Source of the DNA: Camelus dromedarius
Lineage: Eukaryota
DNA length: 64,000 nucleotides
Reading direction: 5' to 3'
NCBI RefSeq assembly: GCF_036321535.1
Contig: NC_087437.1
Location: 58,902,001-58,966,000, forward strand
The notes under the pieces were generated by a model. It was not told the origin of the DNA, did no database searches, and was given only the letters and a program-made list of their open reading frames with translations. The position numbers and the translations under genes are program-made. Positions 23,900 to 36,123 of this stretch are shown here, one piece after another. Each line of letters starts with the position of its first letter. The first letter of the stretch is position 1.

Positions 23900-24450
23900 T
23901 CCCCTGACCAGCAAGAAGTATTTTAAAAACTGGCACTAGTGTTTTGTAGACATCTTCAAGTTCCCATTATCATGAGTGAGAAATGTGACACCCATCTCTC
24001 TCCCTCTCCTTTGTAATGAATGTTTTCCTCTCTGTACTGAGGGGGGCGAGAGGTTCTCTGTACACCTGCTGTTCAAGAATTTTATCTGGATGGGCTTAGG
24101 TGTGTGGCTTTCAGTTCCAGTGACCCCGTGAGTGCTTTTTAAACCTCAGATGCAAGTCTTTTTCACTCAGGGAACTTATCGTCTATCATTTGTCTAATTA
24201 TTCCCTCTCCCTCATCTGTTTGTTTTTCTCCTCCTCCTGGAATGTCTATTATTGACATCTTAGGTCTCCCAGGTCTAGCCTCCAAGTCTCCAATTTTACC
24301 CTCGTGATTTCCATCTCTTTGTGTTTTTGCTTTGTTCTGGGTTTAGGGCGCTCTTGCATTTGATCTGCTAAGTCCATGTTCTGCTCTCATTCATCCAGTT
24401 AGTAGCTTAGTTTAAAATATGTTTAGTTCCAGGAAGTCTTTCTCTTTTCT
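23900..24450 (-). mobile_element. Old L1/HAL1 ORF1-region remnant
   Basis: T-rich text such as caagtctttttcactcagggaac...ttccctctccctcatctg...tcctcctggaatgtctattatt. Confidence 0.5.
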
Positions 24451-25724
24451 TTTGTGCTGTGTCTGAAGGTCTTTGCCACTTCTGCTCAGGCTGTCATTCT
24501 AGCCATTTGCTGGGTTCTCCTCCCTCTCTGTGCCCACGGAGTGCTCTTAGGAGCACAGTTACCTTCTTTTATCTCTTCTTTGAGGTTCAGGGCCAGCTCT
24601 GTGGATCCCTTAAGTGACAGTCGCAGCTCTGTGAGCAGCTGCATGTAGGGAGGTGGTCTCAATCAAGGCACCAAGAGGGAGGAAGGTTCCCCGTTCCATT
24701 GTCTCCCTGGGGTAGAGCTTATTCTCAGCAACCTGGGATCAGAGGGAGGGGATGAGTGCTGGTGTAACCCAGGAACCACCACAATTAGAGCCTCATCCCC
24801 AAGCTCTCCATACCCTGGCTCAAAGGGGAGAAAGCCCTGCCTTGGCTCCCTTCACCAAGCCTCAAACAGAGCCACACGTACCCTTCGCTCCTCCAGGCTC
24901 CGCCTCCATCATTCCCCGTCGTTGCTTTAGCAGGAGAACCAGGTTGGAGCTGAGAGTCAAGGGCAGCCTGGACACCACCATGTGGAAATCTCCATCCCAC
25001 ATCTTAATATAAATAAAGGACAATGTGATCTGCTGTCTCTGGCAAGTGACCAATCTACTCCTAAGATGATAAAACTCTTTGTTCTCTGCTGATTTCTTGG
25101 GGGAAGTCCTTCAAAGTTGTGTGCCTTAATTAAATATTTCTGAATAATTGGATTTACTTTAAAATGGTGCTCTCTGGGAAACTGGGTGAAAAAGGCAGAT
25201 TGCAAAGCACATATATATGCGTATGTATATGCATATAGATCGCCACATCCACAGAAATATGAAATACACCCAGAAAAACAGTTTGCATGGACAAACACCA
25301 AATTGTTGTCTCTGGATGATGAATGTATAAATAATTTTTACTAGCTTCTTTTTTCTTATCCATATTGTCTACCATTTCTGATTAATGAAAGATAAAAGAA
25401 TTATTCTGTTCAATTGTTAATTCAGCAAAATACATTATAAAATGTTGGATGCTTACTAGCATTTTTGGAGAATGTGCAGAGGGCCATGGCCTCTCCATCG
25501 CCATGTCTGTACACTGGGAGCCCATGCTGAGAACTCCATGTTCTCAGTGGACCCAAAAGACTATGAGTAACCTGTGGGGGCAAAGGAGGACATAAACAGA
25601 AGCTTCTTACCCAGAGTCATCTTGGATGGTCCCCACTTAGATTGGACCCAGGCCAAGAATGGGGTTCAGAAGCAAAGCTCAGCCACCCTTGATTCCCCTG
25701 GTCTCCCTGGTTGCCTGGTACTGA

Positions 25725-25855
25725 CCCCAATGGACTAGACAATCTCTCAGAGCAGAATCATCTCCAGATAACTGCTGAATCTCCAGCACCAGGAACATTG
25801 CCTGGCACTCACTGACCTCTCAATGAACATTGGTTGAAAGAATAAATGAATTAAT
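25725..25855 (+). mobile_element. L2 3' terminus
   Basis: ctgctgaatctccagcaccaggaacattgcctggcac...ctcaatgaacattggttgaaagaataaatgaa. Confidence 0.75.
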
Positions 25856-28800
25856 TATTGCATGACCTCTCAGCTCACTTGACAAAACAAGACATGTTAG
25901 AGTACGGCACTCCTTGATGCAGGGACATCTTGGGCCTCGCAATTCCATCTAAAGGAGGTGCCAAAATTTGAGATATATGGGAAGATTTCAGCTCAACAAA
26001 AGGATTTCAGCTCACACTTTGATTTGTTTAGAAAGATTTCAGCTTTATTGGTTTATAGAGGAGGCTTCTTTCAACAGACTGAATTCCGGGTCAAGGGACA
26101 AGGGGGCCTAGAAGGGGCAGGTCACCCCCTGTGGGGGCTGCTATAGAAGGACTCTGTGTTGGCTGGGAAGAGAGACCAGATATCCTCTAAGCAGCCTTCT
26201 ATTTTTTTTTTTTTTTCCTAAGTAGCCTTCTAATTCACATTCTATGGCAAATGCATTTCCTGGCTGGGAAACCTTATACAAATTTGTCTCTTTCTTCCAA
26301 AAATATTCTCCAACCCTGAAGTCACGCCTGTGCCTATTAAAACTCTTCTTTGAGGCAGTCAAATATGATTCGAGGGAAAGGTTGGGTGTGTCCTTACAGC
26401 CACCAGGAGAGTGACAGGCATCTCTTTAAGAAAGCCTCCTTTGGGCACACTGGAATGGCTTGGGATCAGTGCAGGCTAGTCTTCTGGAATTGTGTCCCTG
26501 GTCCTTTCCACGGGTATCTGACAGGCCAGATCACCAGAAAGACAGCACTGGAGGAGAGATGACATTTTCAGTATTTAACAACAGATAGAGCATGGGCACC
26601 AGCCACTCCGGGGGGGAAAAAAAAAATCACAATGTAGCGCTGGAGATGGGGGGAGGAGGTGAAGAGGAGGGTTGGGGGAGTTGCGCATGCATAGAGCAGG
26701 ATCTGCAAGCTCTCTGCATTTGTTTGCTGGATCCTGGGGCAGGCTTGAGTGGGGGCTGGGCAGCCAGTGTGGCAGGGAGCTCTTGGGAAGCTAAGAGCAG
26801 CAGCTACTTAACAACCAGTACAGAGGCTTCCAATAGTTTAAGAACTGGAATGGCCGTAGCAGTGCATACCAGCTAGACATCAGCCCTGCACGAAAACCAC
26901 TTCTGAGCCAGCTGACCCTCTGGCAGAGGCTACAACCTCATTGCTCCAAGCCACATTTTATGGAGTTCTTTTATTAGTCTCTCCTGTAACCCATAGCCAC
27001 ATCATAAAACTAAACACCCCATTCTGTACATCAAGTCCACTGAATTCTCCAGCCCTGATTAGCACCGGGCTTTTCCCTCTGCGGGTTGTATTACAGTAAC
27101 ATTATAACTGACAGAAAAGGAATCTTTGCTGGGAGCAGTCAAATCCTTCAGACCAATTCAGCTTATGCTGTAGTCACAGTGTGTCACCCTTTCTCTGAAG
27201 CCCCTTTGCCAGCTTCCTGTCAATCTCCCTCTCCATCTTTCCCTCCTATCCCTCCCTATCTCTCCCTAGGGGTACCTGACCGTTCCCAAGCTCTTTGCAT
27301 CTCTTTCAATGACAGACAGCCGTGGGTGCTTTGACGCCTGCCTGAAGTCACTGGACAGGGTAGCCCCAACTCACCCCTGAGAATAAATTTAGCCTGTAGG
27401 TGATATCCCAGATGGAGAGGTTATCTTTAGCCTGGCAGAGGATGGGAGTCAGTCTGGGCCACGATGTGAAACAGCAGAGGTGGGGGAGGGATGGAGGAGG
27501 AACAGAAACTAACACTCAAGAGTGGACAATCGTGATGCTCAAATGCACTCAGGTGGTGGAGGATGAAAAGTTGAAAAGTCACGGTATGCTTTCCTGAAAC
27601 ATGAGGCTCTTCCGGGAACACCCTGGAATAATAGTCTGTTTCATTCCATCCATGAACTAGCAACCATTTTAACAGCAGAAAATACAGCTGCATTACGGGC
27701 AGGCAGTACAAAACCACAAACGCACGTGTTCTTGAGAAAAAGCAAAAAACTCAGCATGATCGGTGGTTTTCAAGCTTTCCCATTCATATCTGTTTAGTAC
27801 TTGTTCATTAGTTTTGTTGCCTGCAGGTGTTAAATGTTTAAGACTTGAGAAAAACATATGGAAAAAAATTTACATGGAAAAATTACATTACCTGAATTAG
27901 GGAAAAAGCCACTACTATTTGATTTTACAGGTAGGACATCTCATCCAATTCAGGAATATCAAGGGATTGGCTTCGAATGAACTAGGACGCCTATCCCTGA
28001 ACGATTCAAGAAAGATGGCAGGCTTTTCCTTAAGGAGACGGATATAAGAAATGGTCCCTTTTCGTTCTCTAAAACCTCTTCTGCCACCGTTCATATCCAC
28101 AGTCTCTTGTTTGGCCTCTGTTACAGAACAATTGAGCAAATCTTTCAGCAAAACAACTGGGCCCTTAGTTGTGAGTAGGGGAAGCCGAGGTCCTAGTCTG
28201 AACCTGAGCAGGAGTCAGACGTGCCCAGGCTTGTCTGACAACTGCACGACGGGCCCAGGGGCCTCCTGGGAGGGAGTGTGTTGCGGGAAAGGAGGCCTGA
28301 GAGGCCCGGGTTGACCCAGGAAGACAGCCCTGTTCATTGGAAGCAATTCATTCTGAGTATCCCTTGGCTAAATGTGCTTTTAACTCATATCTGAGTTTTA
28401 TCCAGAGCAGCAGGACCATAAGGAGAAATGGAAAATACCATTTTGTTGGAGTTTTGCGGAAATCAGAGTGCAGATGGTAGAGCTTTGGGGCAACGCTATT
28501 AGAACATCACACAGAGGGGAGAGGGGCAAAGACCCTTCTTCCTCATTCCCCAGAACTCTGGATGCAGAGTGCCCAGCACTGGCCAGCAGGAGCAGGCCCA
28601 GGGCTCCTGGAGAGGCTGTGCAGAGGGCTGGATATCCCTTGCAGCCTTAGGTAAAGTGCCACAAAGAAGTCACACACTCAGGTGCTGGGCCCTGGGGCAC
28701 TCAGCTTACTTTACCATGTACTTAAATAATTAAGTCAATTTTTGTCCTTTTCTTCTCTAGATTAAATGATGCTAGTTCTGTCAACCAGCAAGTATACTGA

Positions 28801-29959
28801 AGGTGCCCTTTATTTTTACGTCATATGAGTGCATTTTGGTCCTCCTTATTTAACTAGAAGTTACCTTATTCACCTCTGTGACTCTCCCTCCTCCCAGTGC
28901 AGAGCAAAGTACGAGTAACAGAACATTTATAAATACCTTAATGACAATCTACCCAGTAAATAATCTACCCAGTGAAAAACTGATCTCCATCAGGTATACT
29001 CCTTATGACCCACCCTGACTGACAGCACACCGGGAGCTGTTAAGAGGGCCTAACATTTCCTGTCCTGTGGCCAGCCATGCCTCCTTGGGTACTTTTTCCA
29101 CAACCCACAGATCAGATCTTCTTTTTTTCCATATAGTATTCGAGCTATCCAGGTTTTGTTCCTACAGGTTTCTACTCCCAAATATCATTCAGAATGTGCA
29201 AGACTAGTTCTCAAGTTCAGCAAAACTTAAACCTCTTTTCCAGAGCACCAACAGCCAAAACAGCATCACCATTACCTGCAAATGCCTTGACTATGTCCAC
29301 AATAACCTCATCAAGTCATGATAAAAAATACCAAAGTATTGTATATATGTGCACATAGCATCTCTGGAAAAAGAAACTCTTAATGGTTACCCCTGGGAGG
29401 ATGAGTTAAAAAAGTCTATGTTGGAGGCAGAATTTTCATTGTATAAACTTTTGAATCACTTCAATTTTAAATCATGTGCTTGTGTTGCTCTCCAATTAAA
29501 TTTCTTACAAGTTAGTTCTAAACAAACAAAAATACAACAAAGAAGAAGACACAGCCCTGACCCCCTTAGCAGTGGTGCTGACAGGTGCCCATAGCTGATG
29601 CCTCACCCTTCAGAGTCAAATGTCCACCACCATGCCATTGGCCCTATGGAGAGCCTCACTGAAATCAACACGGATTATGCAACGAAGTTCCTGGCTCTGG
29701 GCCCTCACAGCCCTTTCCCCATAACTGGGGCAACAAGACTTCCTGCTTTGCCCAGACCCCAGGACTAATCCTACTCCCAGTCTGAGGGATTTTAAGGGAC
29801 TCCAGGCTTGGGCGACTCTACCTTTGTGTTCTCTTGGCAGACTTGGTCCAAACCTTCTCTAGTAGGGCTATATATCATTTCCATTTTTAGCTTGCTTGAT
29901 TATCCATCGAGGGGTAAATGAGACACCTATGAGATCAGAAACCTTTCCTCTTTCCCCCA

Positions 29960-30220
29960 TGTTTTCACCAAATGCAGTTATTAAGAACCTCCTATGGACA
30001 GGATATTAAACCACGCTTGGGGCAGAAGCAGGTGAGGAGGGAAGCAACATCCCAGTGCCCTCACGGAGCTCACAGTCTAGTAAGAAAGAAGGATGGAGCC
30101 CAAATCCAAGAGCTTTACTGTATACAGACAAGTGTGAGAAAGGACACAAGAAGGAAGGACTGCCTGCAGTTACTGGTGGGGAGACAGCAGTCCCAGAAAG
30201 CTTTCAGGAGGAGGTGACAC
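29960..30220 (-). mobile_element. L2 3' fragment
   Basis: ttattaagaacctcctatggacagg...tgccctcacggagctcacagtctagt. Confidence 0.65.
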
Positions 30221-30619
30221 TGTTAAGACTTGACAGCTGGTAAAATTTCAACAGCTGAGATAGAGTCTTCCAGTCCAAGGAAGTGGCCTGGGAAGGTGAC
30301 CTTGTTTTCACACAATATAAGGATTCTGCCCTACCGCTTTCCCATTCCTTGGAGAAAGAATATAAAATGGAAGGTGAAAGGAGCTGGGCCTGGAGAACCC
30401 AGGACCACAGAAGTTCTTTCTGTTTAAAATTGCCTTCCTCTTGCCACCATGTCTGTCTTGTGAAAACCTACTCTTCAAGGCTCCACCCCTCATAATGTCC
30501 CCCTTCCCCCAGACAACAGTCTACTCTGATTTTCCCAGGCAGGACTGGCCATCCTGGCTTCTGGACTCCCACTGCTCCCTGTCTGTTTCAGAGCATCAGG
30601 GAAATTTAGAGGTCCAGTG

Positions 30620-30830
30620 CCCAGGCTCTGGCGCCTTTCTGCCTGCGTTCAAATCCCGGCTCAGCCATTGACTGCTGAGTCATCTCAAGGAAGCCGCTTG
30701 GCCTCTCTGGGCCTTAGTTTCACCATCTGTAAAATAGCGCAAGAATGGCACCTCCCTCCTAAAGTCGCTGTGAAGATTAAGCAAGTTAATGACCCTAAAG
30801 CATTAGCAAAGAGCCCGCCTTACAGTCCTG
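30620..30830 (+). mobile_element. MIR SINE (relatively CpG-rich)
   Basis: ggctctgg...gttcaaatcccggctcagcca...ctctctgggccttagtttcaccatctgtaaaat...gtgaagattaa. Confidence 0.8.
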
Positions 30831-31239
30831 CTCAGCGTCTGCTGTAAGCCCGCCTTACAGCCCCAGGCCGCTGTTACTCTTCACTGGACTGTCTGTCCCT
30901 GTGGACACGAGAACCTTGAGGGCCAGGATCACGGCTCTGCATCTCTGAATCGCACCCTCCGCCATCCCCACCTCGCTCTCCCGGGTACTTAGAGGTATCC
31001 TGCAAGGTAGGTGTTCAATTACTATGTTCCGAAGGAACGAACAAAATATGGTCATGCAAAGTCCAAACGCAAAAAAAAAGCAATGCAGGTGAAATGATGG
31101 AAAGGAACGTAGAACTGTAAATGTAGGGGATGAGAATTTGCCACAGAGGAGATAAAACCCTATCAATCTCCCCTCTTCCACCTCTTAACGTGAGGACTGC
31201 GCATTTTTCTGCGAACCCTTTTTCTCTTCCTCTTCAGCA

Positions 31240-31820
31240 GCCAGGCCTGGCCGGGCGCTCGTCCTCCCCCTCGCCCTGCCCCGCGGGGCGGTTCTCCCCT
31301 CCCCCGCCCGAGAACGGCCGCAGCCGCAACCCTGACCTCGGCGCCCACGCAGGGCAGCAGCCGGGCAGCCGGCGGGCGGGGCGGGAAGGGGGGAGACGCG
31401 GCTCCGGGCACCCGAGATCCTTAACTGCAGCTCCCAAAGCCCTGCTCGATCCTAATCAGTGTGGGAAAGGAGCGCAGGCCGGCCCGCCGGCCGGGGACGC
31501 CGCCTCTTTTCATAAACTTTATCGCCGCGCGCTGCGGCTGATAAACCACCGTAAATAAACGAGCGCGGGGTGCGCGGCGGCCCGAGGCTGCCTGCCCGCC
31601 CGCCGGCCCCGCGGCCCCGGGGGAAATGAATCACACGCCGCCCGCCGAGCTGGAAAGAGCTCCCTGCTCTCCTCCTCTCCCGACCAGCGCCATAAATCAG
31701 CAGGCGTTCCTCCCCCACCAAGAACCCCCTCACCTCCTGTTTTATGGATTCAATAAAAGGCCCAGGCGTTTTCTTTCTGGCTGCCGGACCGCCCCTCCTC
31801 GTCCGGGGAGTTGAGTGTGT
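31240..31820. promoter_or_regulatory. CpG island; candidate alternative promoter/enhancer
   Basis: About 580 bp, very GC- and CpG-dense against a CpG-depleted background. Contains GC boxes and embedded HOX/CDX, PBX-HOX and FOX motifs. Confidence 0.88.
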
Positions 31821-32206
31821 TGTCCTGGGTTATCCTCTTGTCTCAGGTCAAGCTCCTGGGTCTGGGCTGGGCTTGGACCTGTGCCTGTGGCTCCTCTGCA
31901 CAAATCCCCTTTGGCTCCTGCACAACCCGAGAGGGGCTGGGCAGGGGGGGGAGAGAGTGGGGAGGCGTGATTGCAAGTCTCCGGGGGGCAGGTGATGAGA
32001 ACTTTTCCCCCCAAAAAGTGGCCCCGGACACGTGTGCGGATGGATAGCTTGCTGTGGCCAAGTCCTAATAGGAGCCCTGGGCTCTGGGCGTGGCCTGGCA
32101 CCCAGCGAACTTAGAGGCAGAAGGCCAGGGTCTGCGCACGATCCTGACTGCTGAAGAAGGGGGGGAGCCCTCCACTTCCATGATGTGTTCAAAAGTCCCT
32201 TAGATG

Positions 32207-32441
32207 GGGGAGGGATAAATTCAGAATTTGGGATTAAATACACTCACTACTATATATAAAACAGATAAACAAGAAGGTCCTAGCACAGGAAACTATATTC
32301 AGTATCGTGTAGTAACCTCTAACAGAAAAGAATCTGAAAAAGAATAGGTATAAAACCCAATCACTTTGCTGTACATCTGAAACTTACACAACATTGTAAA
32401 TCAACTATACTTCAGTAATGATGATGATGATGATGATGATG
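32207..32441 (+). mobile_element. Short 5'-truncated L1 3' end with (ATG)8 tail
   Basis: L1 3' UTR text similar to 10690-10894; perfect 15-bp TSD aaagtcccttagatg at 32192-32206 and 32442-32456. Confidence 0.92.
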
Positions 32442-33892
32442 AAAGTCCCTTAGATGCTTTGGCAGATCTTTTGATCTGCATTCTTTAGTTCTTGGAATAT
32501 TGACTTGCCCCCCCTCCCCCACCAGTTAACCCACAGTACAGTTTGGAGATTGAGGTTAGAGGAAGCTCCCTGAGTGTGAGGGAAGACAGAAAGATGCCGG
32601 GTGGAGAGCCGCCCCAAGCACACATCTCAGTCACAAGACCCAGGCCTCTTGCCCAGGTCTGCTACCTCCTGGCTCTGGGCCCTCAGGCAGCTGCCCCTTT
32701 CTGGTTTCCTCATCTGTCTAACTAGTAAATAATATGTGAAAGGATCGTCCAACTTTCCTACTCTGCAGGAAAGAACATCCTTCTTATGAATCACTACATT
32801 TTGAAGGTGTCTTATCACGGGTCCCTCTGAAGAAACACCGTCACGTCCCCTGGGAAGAAACAAGGGCACAGCCAGGTTCTGCGACTGACTGCTTGTTAGT
32901 GAGATTAACACAAGACTTTACCCTTCACAGAGGTTGGAGAGGCTCAGGGTCCCTCCAGCCAGAGTGCAGCCTGCCTGTGAGGCAGAGAGCCACAGAGAGA
33001 GTCCAGCACACGCCAGCAACATCGGCCCGCTGCTCCTTGGGTCCCCAAGTCTCAGCTGCCTTGTGACCGTAGTTCTGCTTCTCCTGGGAGGGACTGTTTG
33101 GCTCAGAACCTCTAAGCAGGAAAAGTCAACATTTCCCTGGATGGGAAGCCAGGCTGAGGAGGAAAGGAGGTCTGATGGCAGCTCTGGAGAGAGCCGACCC
33201 TAATGGGCATCCTGGGGAGATGCGCTTTGGTTTAACACTCTCAGGGGAAGTGGGTTGGGAGCCACCTCTCCAGCCCTGGCCAGGAGGAGGGGCTCACTTG
33301 TGAAACAGAAATGGACAAAGGCCTGCTTCTTCCAGAACTCCTTTCTGACACTACAGCGTGTCCCAAGGGAACGTGTGGCCCCAGACAGGCTTCACTTCCT
33401 GCTCTCTGGACAGAAGGACACTCAGTCTCATTTACCTCATTTGCATAGTGTCAAGAAAAATGAGTCATATGGAACTGGCATTTGTTTTAAAATATTGGCA
33501 AGAGGTCCCCAGCTGAGATGGGAGTTGATTTCTCAGAACAGAATGAACATTCACTTGATCACTGATTTATTATGTGTGTGATCGCCACTCTAAGCTTCAG
33601 TTTCCCATCCACGAGTCCTGAAGACTTTTAAGATTTCTTTCCACTCTGTCATACTGGGACTCCAACACATGTGGGATGATCATGGGTAGAAGTAAGATTT
33701 TAAACTTTCCAGAAGAGAGATAGGTAAGGGAAACATATCTTAATGTGACTCCTCCTGGTCTTGCTTTCTAGTTTGTTTGCTGTTGTGAAGGTCAGTAACC
33801 AAGGAAAGAAAGAGAACTCACTTAAAAAGATAGGGCTGAACGTCAAGATTGAAATAATCTGCCAATTATTTTACAAGAACAGACTCCCTAGG

Positions 33893-34070
33893 GTAGTGGT
33901 TTTGAACCTTTTACAGTCTCAGAACTTTGCAGAATTTGACGAAAATCTCATGTCCTGCCCTCTCTCCTTCCCTCCCAAATGCATATACAAATTCTTTCTT
34001 GTCTCTGCAGATCATTTCAGGAGTTCACAGATCCCTGAAGCCCCATCCAAGGACCCTGTTAAGAATCTCT
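33893..34070. mobile_element. Old hAT-type MITE (related remnants near 15380-15530 and 34645-34810)
   Basis: tagtggttttgaacctttt...atttcaggagttcacagatccctgaagccccatccaaggaccctgttaagaatctctg. Confidence 0.55.
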
Positions 34071-35316
34071 GCTCCGAGAGGCTAATAAAACATTGACCCA
34101 AAGTTTCTTTATCTGTAGAAAGGAAATACCAGTCACCTCCAACTACTTTCAATAAAGGAGAATAAATAACCTGTACTATTAAAACATACTGGTTCTTTGC
34201 CTGGTAGACACGTAATACTGATGAAGCCTATTACCATCATCTGCCAGTCATTCCCTATTCAGCTTCATGGGATGTAAATTTCCTTACAAGACAGAAGCTG
34301 CCCTGTCTGAAATTCCCGAAACAAATTCTTCTGGTAAACCAGCACTGTAAGGCTTCCTACTTGCCTTTTAGAAACATAATGAGTCCCCACGGAGACCAAA
34401 GGGAAGGCTGGAGGGAGCTCTGCAGGCATTCAAAGGGTAATAATTGCCGGGGTAGGAATGCGCCAAAGGATACCCTCCTGGCTTTAGAAGTCAGTGTTAC
34501 TTTCCAAAGCGTCTTCCTTTCTCCCAGATGGGGTTGTAATTGTAGAGAAATTAATTCACTGAAACGAAACCAAGGTGTAGGGAAAAGGCTTTTGATGAAG
34601 TTAGGTAATGCTTTAGAGTCAGTTCATTTGGTGCATGGATTAGATTCCATGGTCCTTAATCTTCCTGGATTCATAGATTCTTTGGGAATCCAGTGTAAAC
34701 TATGATTCCTGGCCCTAGAAAATACACATGCACTGGACATGTACTTTCACACAGTTTTACTTACCATTTAGGGAACTTACAGAACACTGGCAGTTCATCT
34801 CTGGACCACTGGGTGCATGGAAGCTGCACTCTACCTGTCTAAGGCTTCTTCTGCCTTAATAGTTGAAGACTCTTGGGATCCATGGATGATTCCATCTGTG
34901 GCTTCAGGGCGAGAGTCTGAGAGCCTCTGCAAACAGAGGAAGGAGCAAAGTGTTCTTCCCACGGCTGCTGTGAAAATAACTATGCTTGAGACGCTCAGAG
35001 TAGATTATGTTTGGAAAGCCTAGTCCCAACAGGAGCTCTTCTCCCAGAGAATGGCATGAAACTATAACTCGATGTTTTTTTCCTAGGAGGTGGGGAATGA
35101 GGAGGGATGGGAGTCCTGGACAGTACAGGATAAAGAGTAGGGGAGTAGGGTACAGCCAAAACATGCAGACAGCACAATCCTTGGAGAATTGAATACTAAG
35201 CGTTTCAAGAAAGCCTGGATGAGCAGCAGTCTTCCATGTGGGAAGCAGTAGAGGAAGCTACACAGCTTTTCAGCAGATAGAAGGGCTCTTCCCATGGCAC
35301 CTAAGGCTTGCCTTAC

Positions 35317-35701
35317 TGTGGCTCATAAACGTTCATCACCCCTCCCTGGGAAGAGATGATCTTTCTCTTCCTCATCGACATCAGACTCGGCCATGTGGTT
35401 TGTCCTGGCCAGTGAAATGAGCAGGAATGGCACCGTCACTTCCAGGCAGTAGATTCAAGCACCAGCTCAAGGTTTTTATCACACACTCTTATCTCTCTGC
35501 TACAAGACTGGCCAGCCATATTCCCAATCCACCACTCCATCAGCATCAGCCTGGTCCCCAAATGAAGGTGACCTGGAGCGGTCCTGCTGTCAACCTATCA
35601 GAGACCTAAGGCGAGTACACGAAGAAATGTTTGTTGTGTGAGCCACTGAGATTTTGGAGTGTTTGTGACTGCAGCAGAATCAAGCCTAAATGACTGATAC
35701 A
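35317..35701 (+). mobile_element. MLT1I/J-type MaLR LTR
   Basis: gactcggccatgtggtttgtcctggccagtgaaatgagcag...tcacttccaggcag...agccactgagattttgg...tgactgataca. Confidence 0.75.
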
Positions 35702-35899
35702 GCACTCTCCTTTGGCAAGGAAGAGAGATGGGTGCTCAGAATGGCCCTCACTAACCTACAGGGCTGCTGATGATAGTACCAGCCAATGTCAGAAGGGGTT
35801 AAGTGCACACTCCTCACTGTCTCCATCCTTCCCTCTCCCTGACACTGTTCACAGTGCCCTCTCTATCCACCATCACCCAACCCTCTAGCGCTCAGCTAA

Positions 35900-36123
35900 G
35901 AGCCAGGAGTGATGCAGCCACAAACCAAAGAACACAGGGAGCCACTGGAAGCTAAAAGAGGCAAGGGAAGACTCTCCCCTAGAGCTTTTGCACGGAGCCT
36001 CCAGCCCTGCTAACATCTTGAGTTTGGACTTTTAGCCTCCAGAACTGTGAGAAAATAAATTACCATTATTTTCAGCCACCCAGTTTGTGCTAATTAGTTA
36101 CGACAACCATGGGAAACTAATAC
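35900..36123 (+). mobile_element. MLT1C/D-type MaLR LTR, 3' half
   Basis: gagtgatgcagccacaa...ctcccctagagc...gcctccagaactgtgagaaaataaat...ggaaactaatac. Confidence 0.85.

Noticed and set aside
27915..28151. 78-aa minus ORF and plus-strand acceptor-like ttttacag near 27930
   Set aside because: No recognisable homology; the plus-strand frames I read after the acceptor hit stops quickly.
31130..32243. Multiple Pro/Arg/Gly-rich ORFs over the CpG island
   Set aside because: Stop-codon scarcity in GC-rich sequence explains them; no recognisable protein.
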